Source: a virus
Virus record (IMG/VR): IMGVR_UViG_3300047557_002158
Coordinates: 4,045 to 68,044 of that record
Reading direction: 5' to 3' (one strand)
Length of the DNA stretch: 64,000 bases
Below, in pieces: positions 28,815 through 39,823 of the stretch (the first letter of the stretch is position 1; every line of letters begins with the position of its first letter). A program made the position numbers and the translations under genes. Under the pieces are notes generated by a model. It ran no database searches, was not told where the DNA came from, and saw nothing but the letters and a program-made list of their open reading frames with translations.

Positions 28815-30480
28815 AGACAGTTACAGAGATAATCCGCTTCTGAAAAAAGCCGGCGTTAAAATCGAATACACTCAAGAACAAGTTGATGAGTATATAAAAT
28901 GTGCAAAAGATCCAGTTTATTTTGCAGAAAATTATATTAAGATTGTTAACGTTGATCAAGGCTTAATGAAGTTTAAAATGTGGCCATTTCAAAAAGAAAT
29001 GATCCGCGTTTATCACAAGAATCGATTCTCCATCACCAAATGCCCTCGTCAGGTTGGTAAAACCACAACTTCTGTTGCATATCTTTTGTGGTTAACATTA
29101 TTTTCAGACACACAAAATGTCGCAGTTTTGGCTAACAAAGGTTCTTTAGCCAGAGACATTCTTGCAAAATACCAGTTAGCTTATGAAAATTTACCCATGT
29201 TTTTACAACAAGGTGTGATGGTTTGGAACAAGGGTAATGTTGAACTAGAAAACGGATCTAAAATTATTGCTGCTTCAACATCTAGTTCTGCAATTCGTGG
29301 TGGTGCTTTTAACTGTGTATTCTTGGACGAATTCGCATTCGTGCCAAACAACATTGCTGAGGAATTCTTCAACTCTGTTTACCCCGTAATTTCTTCAGGT
29401 AAAACAACCAAAATTATTATTGTTTCCACTCCAAATGGCATGAATCTATTTTACAAATTATGGATGGATGCAATCAATAAGAAAAACAATTACAAAACAT
29501 TTGAAATACATTGGTCTATGGTGCCAGGACGCGATGAAGCCTGGAAAGAAGAAACAATTAGAAATACATCCGAACGACAATTCAGACAAGAATTTGAAAC
29601 AGAATTCTTGGGTTCATCAAATACTCTGATTTCTGGTTATAAATTACAGTCATTGGTCTATCGTGATCCAATGGCAACACATGAATTACTCAAAATATAT
29701 GAAATGCCAGTTAAGGAATCTGATGGTGCAAAGTCGGATCATCTGTATTGTATATGTGTCGATGTATCTGAAGGTAAAAACCTAGACAGTTCTGCATTTC
29801 AAGTCATAGATATTTCTCAAACTCCATATAAACAAGTTGCGGCATACGCAAGTTCATCGATAACTCCTATATTATTTCCGACCGTTATCTATAATGCGGC
29901 AAGAATGTACAATGATGCGTATGTTTTGGTAGAAATTAATAACAATCCACAGGTTGCAGACTCTTTACATGCAGATTTCGAATACGAAAACTTGTGGAAA
30001 ATTTATACAGGCAATAAAAAACCACAACAATTAAGTGCTGGTTTTGCTCGTGGTGTACAGATGGGTTTGAAAATGTCACCTCAAGTTAAAGCTATTGGCT
30101 GTTCAAACCTGAAAACATTAATTGAAGGTGACAAACTGGAAATATGCGATTTTGATACTTATTCAGAACTGACAACATTTGAACAACAAAAAAATTCATT
30201 CAAAGCCGCGGAAGGCGCGAATGATGATCTTGTAATGTGTTTGGTTATGTTTGCGTGGGTTTCTACACAACAATACTTTAAAGAAATCGTCAACCACGAC
30301 ATACGCAAGCAAATACAATTGGAAAAAATGAATCAAATTGAAGAAGATGTTCTTCCTGCTCCAATTATGGATGACGGTTTGCAACATGATTTTGAAATAA
30401 CTGGCGGAGATATATGGGAAGTTGCAAACGGAGGAGATGTTTACTCAGGTTTTATCAAGAAGATGACAGAAAGATTATAA
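28801..30480 (+). CDS. gp17: Terminase large subunit gp17
   Basis: PRQVGKTT Walker A, FLDEFAF Walker B, STPNG, DDLVM. Confidence 0.97.
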   Translation: MMEAKDSYRDNPLLKKAGVKIEYTQEQVDEYIKCAKDPVYFAENYIKIVNVDQGLMKFKMWPFQKEMIRVYHKNRFSITKCPRQVGKTTTSVAYLLWLTLFSDTQNVAVLANKGSLARDILAKYQLAYENLPMFLQQGVMVWNKGNVELENGSKIIAASTSSSAIRGGAFNCVFLDEFAFVPNNIAEEFFNSVYPVISSGKTTKIIIVSTPNGMNLFYKLWMDAINKKNNYKTFEIHWSMVPGRDEAWKEETIRNTSERQFRQEFETEFLGSSNTLISGYKLQSLVYRDPMATHELLKIYEMPVKESDGAKSDHLYCICVDVSEGKNLDSSAFQVIDISQTPYKQVAAYASSSITPILFPTVIYNAARMYNDAYVLVEINNNPQVADSLHADFEYENLWKIYTGNKKPQQLSAGFARGVQMGLKMSPQVKAIGCSNLKTLIEGDKLEICDFDTYSELTTFEQQKNSFKAAEGANDDLVMCLVMFAWVSTQQYFKEIVNHDIRKQIQLEKMNQIEEDVLPAPIMDDGLQHDFEITGGDIWEVANGGDVYSGFIKKMTERL

Positions 30481-30491
30481 AACCTACCTTA

Positions 30492-30499
30492 CATAAATA
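30492..30499 (+). promoter_or_regulatory. T4-type late promoter (CATAAATA)
   Basis: Upstream of gp18. Confidence 0.7.
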
Positions 30500-30554
30500 T
30501 TCTTTATGGTACACTAACTGCCAAAAGAACACATAATAATTCAAGGAGAAAAAA

Positions 30555-32240
30555 ATGGCATTTCAAATCTCTCCAGGCGTACAAGTTTCTGAAGTTGATC
30601 TAACAACCGTAATTCCTTCAGTTCTTACCACGGCCGGTGCATTTGTTGGAACATTTAAATGGGGTCCAGCAGATAAGATAAAATTAATCGACAACGAAAT
30701 TAATTTGGTAAAAACTTTCGGCAAACCAGATACAACTTCAGCAGTGTCTTTCTTTACTGCTGCAAACTTTTTGGCTTACGGAAACAATTTAAGCCTAGTT
30801 CGTGCTGTTGGATCTTCTGCTATGAATGCATCTGCAAACACAGCAGTTCTAATTAAAAACGAAGATATATTTCAAGCGTCATATCTAAACACAAATAACG
30901 CAAACACATATGGTGGATTCGTTGCAAGATATCCAGGTACATTAGGAAACGCAATTAAAGTTTCAGTGTGTGCAAATTCCGCAACATATTCAACTTGGAC
31001 ATACAAATCGTACTTTCCTTCTGCACCAGGAACATCCGACTACGCAAGTTCCGTTGGTGGTTCAAATGACGAAATGCATATTATTGTTATTGATGATACA
31101 GGTGAAATTTCAGGTTCGGCTGGATCAGTTTTAGAAACTTTTGCATTCGTTTCTAAAGCGTCCGATGCGGCAGTAAATGGACAATCTAATTATTACAAAC
31201 AAGTGATTTTTGATCAATCAAGTTTTGTTTTTGCAACAAGTCCTGTTGATTACACGAATACAAATTCAACTTGGGATCAAACCGCAGCAGGCACATCATT
31301 TGCAAGACCCGCAACAATCGTTACATTGTCATTATCTGGAGGAGTTGATAGTTCTCCTTCTGCGTCCAATGTGCAAAGTGGATTCGACTTATTTGCAAAC
31401 AAAGATTCAACAGACATTTCTCTTGTTTTGACTGGTGATTCTTCTGTTGCAACACAACAATATGTCATAGATAACATTGTAAATTCTCGTAAGGATTGCG
31501 TGGCTTTTGTTTCACCTAGATATTCTGATGTTGTTAATCAAGCAGGAAGTGAAACCACAAACATTCAATCTTGGTTGACAAGTTTGGGTAGATCATCTTC
31601 ATATGTCGTTGCAGACTCTGGATGGAAATACCAGTTTGACAAATACAACAATGTCTATCGTTGGATACCACTAAATGCAGACATTGCTGGATTGTGTGTC
31701 TTTACAGATTCTATTCGTGACCCTTGGTTCTCTCCTGCTGGATTGAGCCGTGGTGCAATTAAAAATTCAATTAAATTGGCATGGAATCCTAGCAAAACTT
31801 TCCGTGATACATTGTATGCAGCTGGCGTAAATCCAGTTGTATCTTTCCCTGGTCAAGGAACAGTTCTGTTTGGAGATAAAACACTACAATCTAAACCATC
31901 TGCATTTGATCGTATTAATGTGCGTAGATTGTTTATCACATTGGAGAAAGCAATTTCTCAAGCTGCTCAATTCTCATTGTTTGAATTGAATGATGAGTTT
32001 ACTCGCGCTCAGTTTGTATCATTAATTACTCCATTCTTGCGTGATGTACAAGGACGCCGTGGTATTGTAGATTTCAAAGTTGTTTGTGACACCACAAATA
32101 ACACACCACAAGTTATTGATGGTAATCAATTTGTTGGTGATATCTACATTAAGCCTGCTCGTTCAATCAACTATATTCAATTGAATTTTGTTGCTGTTGC
32201 AACTGGTGTTGACTTCAACACAATCGTTGGTGCAGCGTAA
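30555..32240 (+). CDS. gp18: Tail sheath protein gp18
   Basis: SPGVQVSEVDLT; PWFSPAG; FDRINVRRLF; IKPARSINYIQLNF. Confidence 0.97.
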   Translation: MAFQISPGVQVSEVDLTTVIPSVLTTAGAFVGTFKWGPADKIKLIDNEINLVKTFGKPDTTSAVSFFTAANFLAYGNNLSLVRAVGSSAMNASANTAVLIKNEDIFQASYLNTNNANTYGGFVARYPGTLGNAIKVSVCANSATYSTWTYKSYFPSAPGTSDYASSVGGSNDEMHIIVIDDTGEISGSAGSVLETFAFVSKASDAAVNGQSNYYKQVIFDQSSFVFATSPVDYTNTNSTWDQTAAGTSFARPATIVTLSLSGGVDSSPSASNVQSGFDLFANKDSTDISLVLTGDSSVATQQYVIDNIVNSRKDCVAFVSPRYSDVVNQAGSETTNIQSWLTSLGRSSSYVVADSGWKYQFDKYNNVYRWIPLNADIAGLCVFTDSIRDPWFSPAGLSRGAIKNSIKLAWNPSKTFRDTLYAAGVNPVVSFPGQGTVLFGDKTLQSKPSAFDRINVRRLFITLEKAISQAAQFSLFELNDEFTRAQFVSLITPFLRDVQGRRGIVDFKVVCDTTNNTPQVIDGNQFVGDIYIKPARSINYIQLNFVAVATGVDFNTIVGAA

Positions 32241-32267
32241 TAAATAAAACGATAACAGGAGAAAACA

Positions 32268-32810
32268 ATGGCATTCAATGTAGCAGAATTTAGAGCAAAC
32301 ATGATTGGGGACGGAGCCCGTCCTAATCTGTTCTCTGTATCATTAACATTTCCTTCGATAGCTCAGAATGGAATTGCAGCTTCTCAGAAGACAACCTTTA
32401 TGGCTAAAGCTGCACAACTACCTGGTTCTACTGTTGGTAATGTACCAGTTTTTTATTTTGGTCGTGAACTAAAGGTTGCAGGTAACAGAAGTTTTCCTGA
32501 TTGGACAATTACCGTTATCAACGATGAAGACTTCTTGATTCGTAATTCCATGGAAACATGGTTGAACGCAATCAACGGACACTCAAGCAATCTTCGTAGT
32601 CCTGCGGCTAGAAATGTAAATGGTTATTCAGTTGACGCTCGGGTAACTCAATTCGGTAAAACTGGAGAAGAATTGAAAACGTACAGATTTGTTGGTATGT
32701 TTCCATTAGATGTTTCTCCAATCGATTTGGACTGGGGTTCAAATGATACGATTGAAGAATATGCAATCACTTTTGCTTACCAATGGTGGGAAGCAGAGAC
32801 AACTACTTGA
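32268..32810 (+). CDS. gp19: Tail tube protein gp19
   Basis: GARPNLF; GRELKVAG.R.F.DWTITVINDEDF; IEEY.ITFAYQWW. Confidence 0.96.
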   Translation: MAFNVAEFRANMIGDGARPNLFSVSLTFPSIAQNGIAASQKTTFMAKAAQLPGSTVGNVPVFYFGRELKVAGNRSFPDWTITVINDEDFLIRNSMETWLNAINGHSSNLRSPAARNVNGYSVDARVTQFGKTGEELKTYRFVGMFPLDVSPIDLDWGSNDTIEEYAITFAYQWWEAETTT

Positions 32811-32815
32811 TGAAT

Positions 32816-32835
32816 ATGGGGGAATTTTCCCCCAT
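32816..32835 (+). terminator. Hairpin after gp19 (terminator or processing site)
   Basis: ATGGGGGAA/TTCCCCCAT inverted repeat, weak U tract. Confidence 0.5.
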
Positions 32836-32864
32836 TATGATTTTGTAATTAACTTTAAAAAAAT

Positions 32865-34574
32865 ATGGCTAACTTAAATAAATTTTCACTTTTTGGTTTC
32901 ACGATATCCCGTGATAAACAAGAATTGGAGCAAGCTGTTCAACAGTCTTTTGCGCCGCCGGCAGCGGACGATGGCGCATTAACTATTACATCTGCTGCTT
33001 ATTATGGAACTTATGTTGATCTAGATGGTACTGCAAAAAATGAAGTAGAACTAATTTCTAGATATCGTGAAATGGCTATGCAGCCAGAAATTGAATCTGC
33101 AATAGATGACATAGTTAATGAAGCTATTTGCCAAGATGATGATGGTAAAACTATTGATATTGTTCTGGATAATTTAAATCAACCAGACAAAATCAAAAAA
33201 GCAATTAAGGCAGAATTTAATACTATACTTAAATTGTTGAATTATAACAATATGTCACAAGATATTTTCCGTAGATATTATATTGACGGAAGAATGTTTT
33301 ATCACATTATTATTGACAAAGGTAATCCTCAAGAAGGTATTAAAGAATTACGTTATATAGATCCAAGAAAACTGAGAAAGGTTCGTGAGATTAAAAAACG
33401 TAAAGATGAAACAACTGGTGTAGAAACTATGGATGTAATTAATGAATATTACATCTATAACGATAAGATAGTTACTGGCAGTTCTTCCAATTATGGTCCT
33501 GTCGGCATAAGAATTACAACTGACTCTATTATTTCTGTTGTATCCGGTTTAATGGATTCTCGCCGTGCGGTCGTTCTGAGTTATCTACATAAAGCAATTA
33601 AGCCTCTAAATCAATTACGTATGATAGAGGATGCAACGGTTATATACCGTATTTCAAGAGCACCTGAACGCCGTATCTTTTACATTGATGTTGGTAATTT
33701 ACCTAAGCTCAAAGCAGAACAGTATCTTCGTGATATCATGATCAAGTATAAGAACAAACTTGTCTATGATGCACAGACAGGTGAAGTTCGTGATGATCGT
33801 AAATTCCTTTCAATGATGGAAGACTTCTGGTTACCTCGCCGTGAAGGTGGTAAGGGCACAGAAATTACCACACTGCCCGGTGGTCAGAACTTAGGTGAAC
33901 TGGAAGATGTTAAGTATTTCGAAAAGAAATTGTACAAGTCTTTGAATGTACCAATTTCTAGATTAGAACCAAATGAAGGATTTTCTATTGGTAGAGTTGC
34001 AGAAGTCACAAGAGATGAATTGAAGTTTTCTAAATTTGTCGACCGTATGCGTAATCGTTTCTCTGATGTTTTCGACCAGGCTTTAAGAGTGCAATGTGTA
34101 TTAAAAGGAATTTGCACAGCAGAGGAATGGGAAATATTCAAAGAAAATATTTATTATGATTTCATTAAAGATAATAATTTTTCTGAATTAAAAGAAGCAG
34201 AGTTAATGAAAGAAAGACTTGGATTGCTGGCATCAATTGATGCTTATACAGGTCGTTATTTCTCGCAAGCATGGATTCAGCGCAATGTACTTCGTATGAA
34301 TGACGATGACATTGCAGAAATGACAGAAGAAATCAATAAAGAAAAACAAGAAGGTTTAGGTTTACCAACTGAAATTACAAATGCCGTTGCACAACAACAA
34401 ATGATGGGTGATGTACAGACACAACAAATGGCACAACAGGCAGAGATACAACAAGATGCACAACCGGCACCAAACAAAAATGGTGGTTCAAAACCTAAGC
34501 CAAAATCAAAAACGACAACAGCTGATCTTAGTTTAGAAAACACAATGTTCACTAAACTAAAACGAATTCTATAA
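32865..34574 (+). CDS. gp20: Portal protein gp20
   Basis: YRISRAPERRIFYIDVGNLPK; EDFWLPRREGGKGTEITTLPGGQNLG. Confidence 0.98.
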   Translation: MANLNKFSLFGFTISRDKQELEQAVQQSFAPPAADDGALTITSAAYYGTYVDLDGTAKNEVELISRYREMAMQPEIESAIDDIVNEAICQDDDGKTIDIVLDNLNQPDKIKKAIKAEFNTILKLLNYNNMSQDIFRRYYIDGRMFYHIIIDKGNPQEGIKELRYIDPRKLRKVREIKKRKDETTGVETMDVINEYYIYNDKIVTGSSSNYGPVGIRITTDSIISVVSGLMDSRRAVVLSYLHKAIKPLNQLRMIEDATVIYRISRAPERRIFYIDVGNLPKLKAEQYLRDIMIKYKNKLVYDAQTGEVRDDRKFLSMMEDFWLPRREGGKGTEITTLPGGQNLGELEDVKYFEKKLYKSLNVPISRLEPNEGFSIGRVAEVTRDELKFSKFVDRMRNRFSDVFDQALRVQCVLKGICTAEEWEIFKENIYYDFIKDNNFSELKEAELMKERLGLLASIDAYTGRYFSQAWIQRNVLRMNDDDIAEMTEEINKEKQEGLGLPTEITNAVAQQQMMGDVQTQQMAQQAEIQQDAQPAPNKNGGSKPKPKSKTTTADLSLENTMFTKLKRIL

Positions 34575-34577
34575 ATA
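34570..34577 (+). promoter_or_regulatory. T4 late promoter TATAAATA
   Basis: Exact consensus. Confidence 0.75.
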
Positions 34578-34596
34578 AATTTATTTGGAGAAAATT

Positions 34597-34821
34597 ATGA
34601 GTGATGTTACTAGAGCTATTATAAATCATATTGAAAACGATGACGCTGTAGGTATGCGTGATGCATTCTATAATGAATTACAAAATAGAGTTATGCAGCA
34701 TATTGAAAATCACAAAGCAGTTGTTGCACAAAATTTAATTGTAAATCCAGAAACTGTTGAAGCTGAAGAAGATACAGAAAATGATGTGGAAAATAATGAG
34801 CCTGAAACATCACCTCAATAA
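34597..34821 (+). CDS. Small acidic prohead core protein (gp67-like)
   Basis: Position after portal, acidic tail, GGAG RBS. Confidence 0.6.
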   Translation: MSDVTRAIINHIENDDAVGMRDAFYNELQNRVMQHIENHKAVVAQNLIVNPETVEAEEDTENDVENNEPETSPQ

Positions 34822-34832
34822 TAGGATAAAAA

Positions 34833-35372
34833 ATGGCAAATAAATTCACTTATCAGGTATTAAAAGACGACACACAAACTGCTGTTATTAAATTAACAGG
34901 AGATTTTGATGGAACCGGCCAAGAAAGCAATAACGCTAGAATAGCTGCAAATAGTCTTTACGGAGCATTAGATGCAAACAATGTTCCTTTGAGATCGGCT
35001 CTGAGCGTAAGCAACACAGCAAAACCATATTATGGTTTGACCATCAATAGAATTTGGTATATTACAGACACAGGTGAAGGTGATGTTCAATTGTATTGGG
35101 CAAACACTTCTGGAAATCCTGTTAATGGTGTTCCTATTGTATTCTTACATGGCAATGGTGAATATGATGCTGGCGGAAGTTGGATCACAATTCAAAATCC
35201 TACAGTAACAGCAAACAATAACGGAGACATTGCATTAATAACTCGCGGCCAAGCTGCAAATGATTCTTATACTATTATCTTGGAATTGCGTAAAGACAAT
35301 GCACACTATCAGCGTGGTCAGTTCAATGATCCTGCTGCATTCAATTATCCACCATATGGAGTTACTCCATGA
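34833..35372 (+). CDS. Hypothetical virion protein
   Basis: 179-aa ORF between portal and protease. Confidence 0.7.
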   Translation: MANKFTYQVLKDDTQTAVIKLTGDFDGTGQESNNARIAANSLYGALDANNVPLRSALSVSNTAKPYYGLTINRIWYITDTGEGDVQLYWANTSGNPVNGVPIVFLHGNGEYDAGGSWITIQNPTVTANNNGDIALITRGQAANDSYTIILELRKDNAHYQRGQFNDPAAFNYPPYGVTP

Positions 35373-36013
35373 AATTAATTACAGAAGTCACAGAAACCAT
35401 CAGTTGTATTTCAGAAGAAAAGGATGGAAAGAAAAGTCTTTTCATCGAAGGTCCATTTCTTCAATCAGAACTGGTGAACAAGAATGGAAGAAAATATCTG
35501 AGAGAAACAATGCAAAAAGAAGTATCCAGATATACTGAGAATTACATTAATAAAAATCGTGCCTTTGGTGAGCTGGGTCATCCAGATACACCAACAATCA
35601 ATCTAGACAGAGTTTCACATTTGACTGTTTCTCTGCGTCAAGAAGGTAATGATTGGATAGGCAAAGCAAAAATTCTTGACACACCAATGGGTACCATTGT
35701 TAAGAATCTACTTGAAGGAGGCGCACAAATAGGTGTTTCTTCTAGAGGCATGGGTTCACTTAAAAATGTTAATGGTATCAATATTGTTCAAGATGATTTT
35801 CATCTAGCCACAGCGGCAGATATTGTAGCAGATCCGTCTGCACCCGGAGCTTTCGTTCAGGGTATTATGGAAAACAAAGAATGGATGATTGTAAATGGAG
35901 TATGGACTGAAGTTCACAATGAGCAAGCAAAGCGAGAAATTCGTAAAGCTACTCGTAAAGAAATTGAAGAAGTAAGTCTTAAAATATTTGAAACATTCAT
36001 CAAAAAACTTTAA
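35369..36013 (+). CDS. gp21: Prohead protease gp21
   Basis: AFGELGHP; GVSSRGMGS; DIVADPSAP. Confidence 0.97.
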   Translation: MKLITEVTETISCISEEKDGKKSLFIEGPFLQSELVNKNGRKYLRETMQKEVSRYTENYINKNRAFGELGHPDTPTINLDRVSHLTVSLRQEGNDWIGKAKILDTPMGTIVKNLLEGGAQIGVSSRGMGSLKNVNGINIVQDDFHLATAADIVADPSAPGAFVQGIMENKEWMIVNGVWTEVHNEQAKREIRKATRKEIEEVSLKIFETFIKKL

Positions 36014-36014
36014 T

Positions 36015-36022
36015 TATAAATA
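36015..36022 (+). promoter_or_regulatory. T4 late promoter TATAAATA
   Basis: Exact consensus upstream of gp22. Confidence 0.8.
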
Positions 36023-36051
36023 TCCAATATAAAACCAAGGAGATTCTCAAA

Positions 36052-37359
36052 ATGGGAAAATTAAATCTGACAGATGCCGCTAAAGCAATTTTAAGTGAAG
36101 ATGCAAAATCAATGTTTGCTTCCAACGTTGCTAACAAGATGGGCATGAGAGGACAAGATCAACATAAGCACGGTCAAGTTGGCCAAGACAAGCTAACTAC
36201 TGATGTTGCTTATGGAACAAAAGATGCTGGAAAAGTTGGTGACTCTCCAGAAAAAGATGGTGACCAAAATCCAGATTACACAAAAGGTACACCTACAGCA
36301 ACTCCTCCAGGTGCAAAACCACCTGTTGGCGCTGAAGGAGCACATCACCTAGATGCTGATAAAGATCAGCAATCTAAAGGTCGTGGCGATTTGGCACCAA
36401 CTCAGGCGCCAGCTACAGACTATTCTGCTATTCGTGACCGTATCAAAGCTAGATTGGCAACACAAATGTTCCAAACTAATCCAGGTGCAATTGCTCCATA
36501 TGTTCCAGAAGAAGTTGAGTCTGACGAAGAAGTAGTGGCCGAAGAAAAAGAAAAAGAAGAAGGTCACGAAGATGAAAAGCAAGACAAAGCTTTGTTCAAG
36601 AAAATGTTCAAGAAAGAAACTGCTAAGAAAAAAATGAAAGAAGACATTGAAGCACTAGTTGCTGGTGAAAATCTTTCAGAAGAATTTGTTCAAAAAGCAT
36701 CTACAATTTTTGAAGCCGCAGTTATTACACGCGCTGAAGAAATGATGGCAGAAGCCGAAGAAGCTATCTTTGAAGAATTCGAAGTTGCAGTTGAAGAAAT
36801 CAAAGAAGAACTAGCTTCTAAGTTGGATGATTATATCAACTATATGGCAGAAGAATGGTTCAAGGAAAATCAACTTGCTGTTGAACAAGGTCTACGTGCA
36901 GAAATCGTTGAAGACTTTATGCAAGGTCTACGCGATCTATTTGCAGAACACTACATCGATATTCCAGAAGACAAGGTTGATATCGTTGGTGAATTGACCA
37001 ACAAAGTAGAAGAACTTGAAGAAGCTCTAAATGAACAGATCAAGTATTCTATGAATGTTCACAAAGAATTAAAAGAATCTAAAAAAATTGAGGCTATACA
37101 TGCAGTATGTGAAGGCCTAACACAAACTCAAGTAGAGAAACTGAAAACACTTGCAGAAAGTGTAGAGTTTACCGATGAGGAAGAATTTACTTCCAAATTG
37201 GAAACATTGAAAGAATCATATTTCAAGACTCCAGTAAAAGCTACAGACAGTTTAAATGAGGAAGTTCAAATTGAAGAAGACAAGAAACCTGCTACAAGTT
37301 TCGCAGATCCTTCAATCGAACAATACGCAAAAGTCATTTCAAAAACCCTGGTAAAATAA
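36052..37359 (+). CDS. gp22: Prohead scaffold protein gp22
   Basis: LSEEF..KASTIFEAAV; LDDYINY..EEW..EN; KLETLKESYF. Confidence 0.93.
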   Translation: MGKLNLTDAAKAILSEDAKSMFASNVANKMGMRGQDQHKHGQVGQDKLTTDVAYGTKDAGKVGDSPEKDGDQNPDYTKGTPTATPPGAKPPVGAEGAHHLDADKDQQSKGRGDLAPTQAPATDYSAIRDRIKARLATQMFQTNPGAIAPYVPEEVESDEEVVAEEKEKEEGHEDEKQDKALFKKMFKKETAKKKMKEDIEALVAGENLSEEFVQKASTIFEAAVITRAEEMMAEAEEAIFEEFEVAVEEIKEELASKLDDYINYMAEEWFKENQLAVEQGLRAEIVEDFMQGLRDLFAEHYIDIPEDKVDIVGELTNKVEELEEALNEQIKYSMNVHKELKESKKIEAIHAVCEGLTQTQVEKLKTLAESVEFTDEEEFTSKLETLKESYFKTPVKATDSLNEEVQIEEDKKPATSFADPSIEQYAKVISKTLVK

Positions 37360-37400
37360 ATAAAATTTACCACAGTTAGATACTAACAAGGAGATAATAA

Positions 37401-38741
37401 ATGTTTCTATCTGAAGAACTACAAAAGAAATGGCAACCAGTTTTGGAGCATCCAGAACTAGAAGCCATCAAGGACCCTTATAAAAAGGCTGTTACTGCAC
37501 TCGTATTGGAAAACCAACAACGCGAAATGTCAGCAGCTGCTCAGCAACTTAACGAAGCTACAGCAGCAGCTCCAACCAACGTTGCAGGTGGCGTACAGAA
37601 CTATGATCCTATCTTGATCAGTTTGGTTCGCCGTGCATTGCCTAACTTGATTGCTTATGACGTTGCAGGCGTTCAGCCAATGACAGGCCCAACCGGCTTG
37701 ATCTTTGCAATGCGTGCTCGTTATAACACTCAATCTGGTGCACCAAGCAATACTAACGAAGCATTCTACAACGAAGCCAATACCATTTTCTCTGGTACTG
37801 GTTCTTCTGCGAATCCATATGGCTTCCAAGGTAACAACACAACTGATATCAAGACAAATCCAATTAGCGATTTGACTGCTAACAGTTATTCTACTGGTAT
37901 TGGTTTGCCAACTTCTGTTGCTGAACAATTGGGTGCAGATGGTTCACCTGCGTTCCAGCAAATGGCATTCAGTATTGAGAAGGTTACTGTTACCGCTCAA
38001 AGCCGTGCATTGAAAGCTGAATACTCTCTAGAACTTGCACAAGACTTGAAAGCAGTTCATGGTCTTGATGCAGAAACAGAATTGTCAAACATTCTGTCTA
38101 CTGAGATTCTTGCTGAAATCAACCGCGAAGTTATTCGTACCATTTACACATGTGCTGTTCCAGGCGCACAGTTTGGTACAACCACAGCAGGTACATTTGA
38201 CCTAGACACCGACTCTAACGGTCGTTGGTCTGTTGAACGTTTCAAAGGTTTGATTTTCCAAATCGAACGCGATGCTAACGTTATTGCTAAGCAGACTCGT
38301 CGTGGTAAAGGTAACGTCATGATCGTTTCTTCTGACGTTGCTTCTGCTATGGCAATGGCTGGTGTTCTACAGTACACACCTAACCTACAAGCTGACCTAC
38401 AAGTAGACGACACTGGTAACACCTTTGCTGGTCTATTGCATGGTCGTATCAAGGTTTACATTGACCCATACTTTGGTGGTTACACCGCTAACCAAGAGTT
38501 GGTTACAATTGGTTACAAAGGTACATCACCATATGATGCAGGTATTTTCTACTGCCCATACGTTCCTCTACAGATGGTTCGTGCAGTTGACCAGTTCACA
38601 TTCCAACCAAAAATTGGATTCAAGACACGTTACGGCATGGTTGCAAACCCATTCGCAACTGGCTTAACATCTGGCAACGGTGCATTGAACGCTCGTAGCA
38701 ACGTTTACTATCGCATCTTTGGTGTTAAGAACCTAATGTGA
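37401..38741 (+). CDS. gp23: Major capsid protein gp23
   Basis: GVQPMTGPTGLIFAMR; SRALKAEYSLELAQDLKAVHGLDAE; FQPKIGFKTRYG. Confidence 0.99.
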   Translation: MFLSEELQKKWQPVLEHPELEAIKDPYKKAVTALVLENQQREMSAAAQQLNEATAAAPTNVAGGVQNYDPILISLVRRALPNLIAYDVAGVQPMTGPTGLIFAMRARYNTQSGAPSNTNEAFYNEANTIFSGTGSSANPYGFQGNNTTDIKTNPISDLTANSYSTGIGLPTSVAEQLGADGSPAFQQMAFSIEKVTVTAQSRALKAEYSLELAQDLKAVHGLDAETELSNILSTEILAEINREVIRTIYTCAVPGAQFGTTTAGTFDLDTDSNGRWSVERFKGLIFQIERDANVIAKQTRRGKGNVMIVSSDVASAMAMAGVLQYTPNLQADLQVDDTGNTFAGLLHGRIKVYIDPYFGGYTANQELVTIGYKGTSPYDAGIFYCPYVPLQMVRAVDQFTFQPKIGFKTRYGMVANPFATGLTSGNGALNARSNVYYRIFGVKNLM

Positions 38742-38769
38742 TATCAAACCACCGTAGAGTGGTACTTTA

Positions 38770-38796
38770 AAGGGACACTTCGGTGTCCCTTTTTTT
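38770..38796 (+). terminator. Rho-independent terminator after gp23
   Basis: AGGGACAC-TTCG-GTGTCCCT followed by a T run. Confidence 0.92.
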
Positions 38797-38828
38797 ATGG
38801 CTCCTAAATACCAATACAGGAGATTTTG

Positions 38829-39341
38829 ATGACTGCACTAAACAGAAACCCAGAAAATTTAAATTTTTTTCAACCAACCAAGTTTCTACTGACATTTAGT
38901 AGAATGTCTACTGTCCAGTACTTCTTGCAAGAAATAAACATTCCTGGCGTCTCCTTGGGTGAGGTGGACGTTGTTACACCATTTCTAGACATGTACTTGC
39001 CTGGCACAAAACTTAAATACGAAGCATTAGATATTTCTTTTGCAATCGATGAAGAATTGGAATCTTGGAAGTCTTTGTACAATTGGTTCACTTCTATTGC
39101 AGACCCGGAAGGTTTTGAAGGACGTTCCAGAAATAGAGAAATACAGAGAAACAAAAATCTCTCCGATGCAACATTAACTGTATTAAGTGCATTAAACAAT
39201 CCAATTCTCAGAATAGAATTCAAAAATATATTCCCACTGACAATGAGTGATCTGCAATTAGATACCAAAGCATCAGCAGAAACCATCATCAGTTGCAAAG
39301 CCACATTTAGGTACGAATCATACAAATATTTGACACTTTAA
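38829..39341 (+). CDS. gp3: Tail completion protein gp3
   Basis: NIPGVSLG; SDATLTVLSALNNP; synteny; late promoter CCTAAATA at 38803. Confidence 0.88.
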   Translation: MTALNRNPENLNFFQPTKFLLTFSRMSTVQYFLQEINIPGVSLGEVDVVTPFLDMYLPGTKLKYEALDISFAIDEELESWKSLYNWFTSIADPEGFEGRSRNREIQRNKNLSDATLTVLSALNNPILRIEFKNIFPLTMSDLQLDTKASAETIISCKATFRYESYKYLTL

Positions 39342-39358
39342 TTTTATTATGTTATACT
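39330..39358 (+). promoter_or_regulatory. Sigma70-type early promoter for uvsY-uvsW
   Basis: TTGACA-17-TATACT with extended TG. Confidence 0.8.
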
Positions 39359-39388
39359 GTCTTTGTTTGCAAAGACGATTATTAATTT

Positions 39389-39823
39389 ATGGAAAAACTT
39401 GAAAAAATTTTAGAGATGTGGCAATCAGATTCAATTATAGACCAGACAGAACCTGGCAGAGAACTGGTACGCATTCCATCATTGCACAGTAAATATTTAA
39501 ACATACTGACAAATCATAGAATTGCCAGTAAAAGAGCGCATTTCGAATATATGAAAATGCGTAAAATCAAACTTGAATATTTTTCTGGTAAACTTTCGAA
39601 AGATGAATTGGAAAAATATGGTTGGGAACAATTCCCATTTACATTGAAGGCTGAAATAAACACCTACATGGAAGCAGATTTGGATTTGATTAAATTTTTG
39701 GAGAAAAAATCATATCACGATGAAGCAATTTCAGTTGTTGAAGCAATTATAAATGAACTTAAGCAAAGAACTTGGCAGTTAAGATCATTTATTGATTATG
39801 AAAAATTTATAAATGGACAGTGA
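39389..39823 (+). CDS. uvsY: Recombination mediator UvsY
   Basis: IPSLHSKYL; EYFSGK; synteny with uvsW. Confidence 0.9.
   Translation: MEKLEKILEMWQSDSIIDQTEPGRELVRIPSLHSKYLNILTNHRIASKRAHFEYMKMRKIKLEYFSGKLSKDELEKYGWEQFPFTLKAEINTYMEADLDLIKFLEKKSYHDEAISVVEAIINELKQRTWQLRSFIDYEKFINGQ

Noticed and set aside
28801-38741. Introns or inteins in terminase, portal or capsid genes
   Set aside because: The ORFs are continuous and of ordinary length for T4-like homologues
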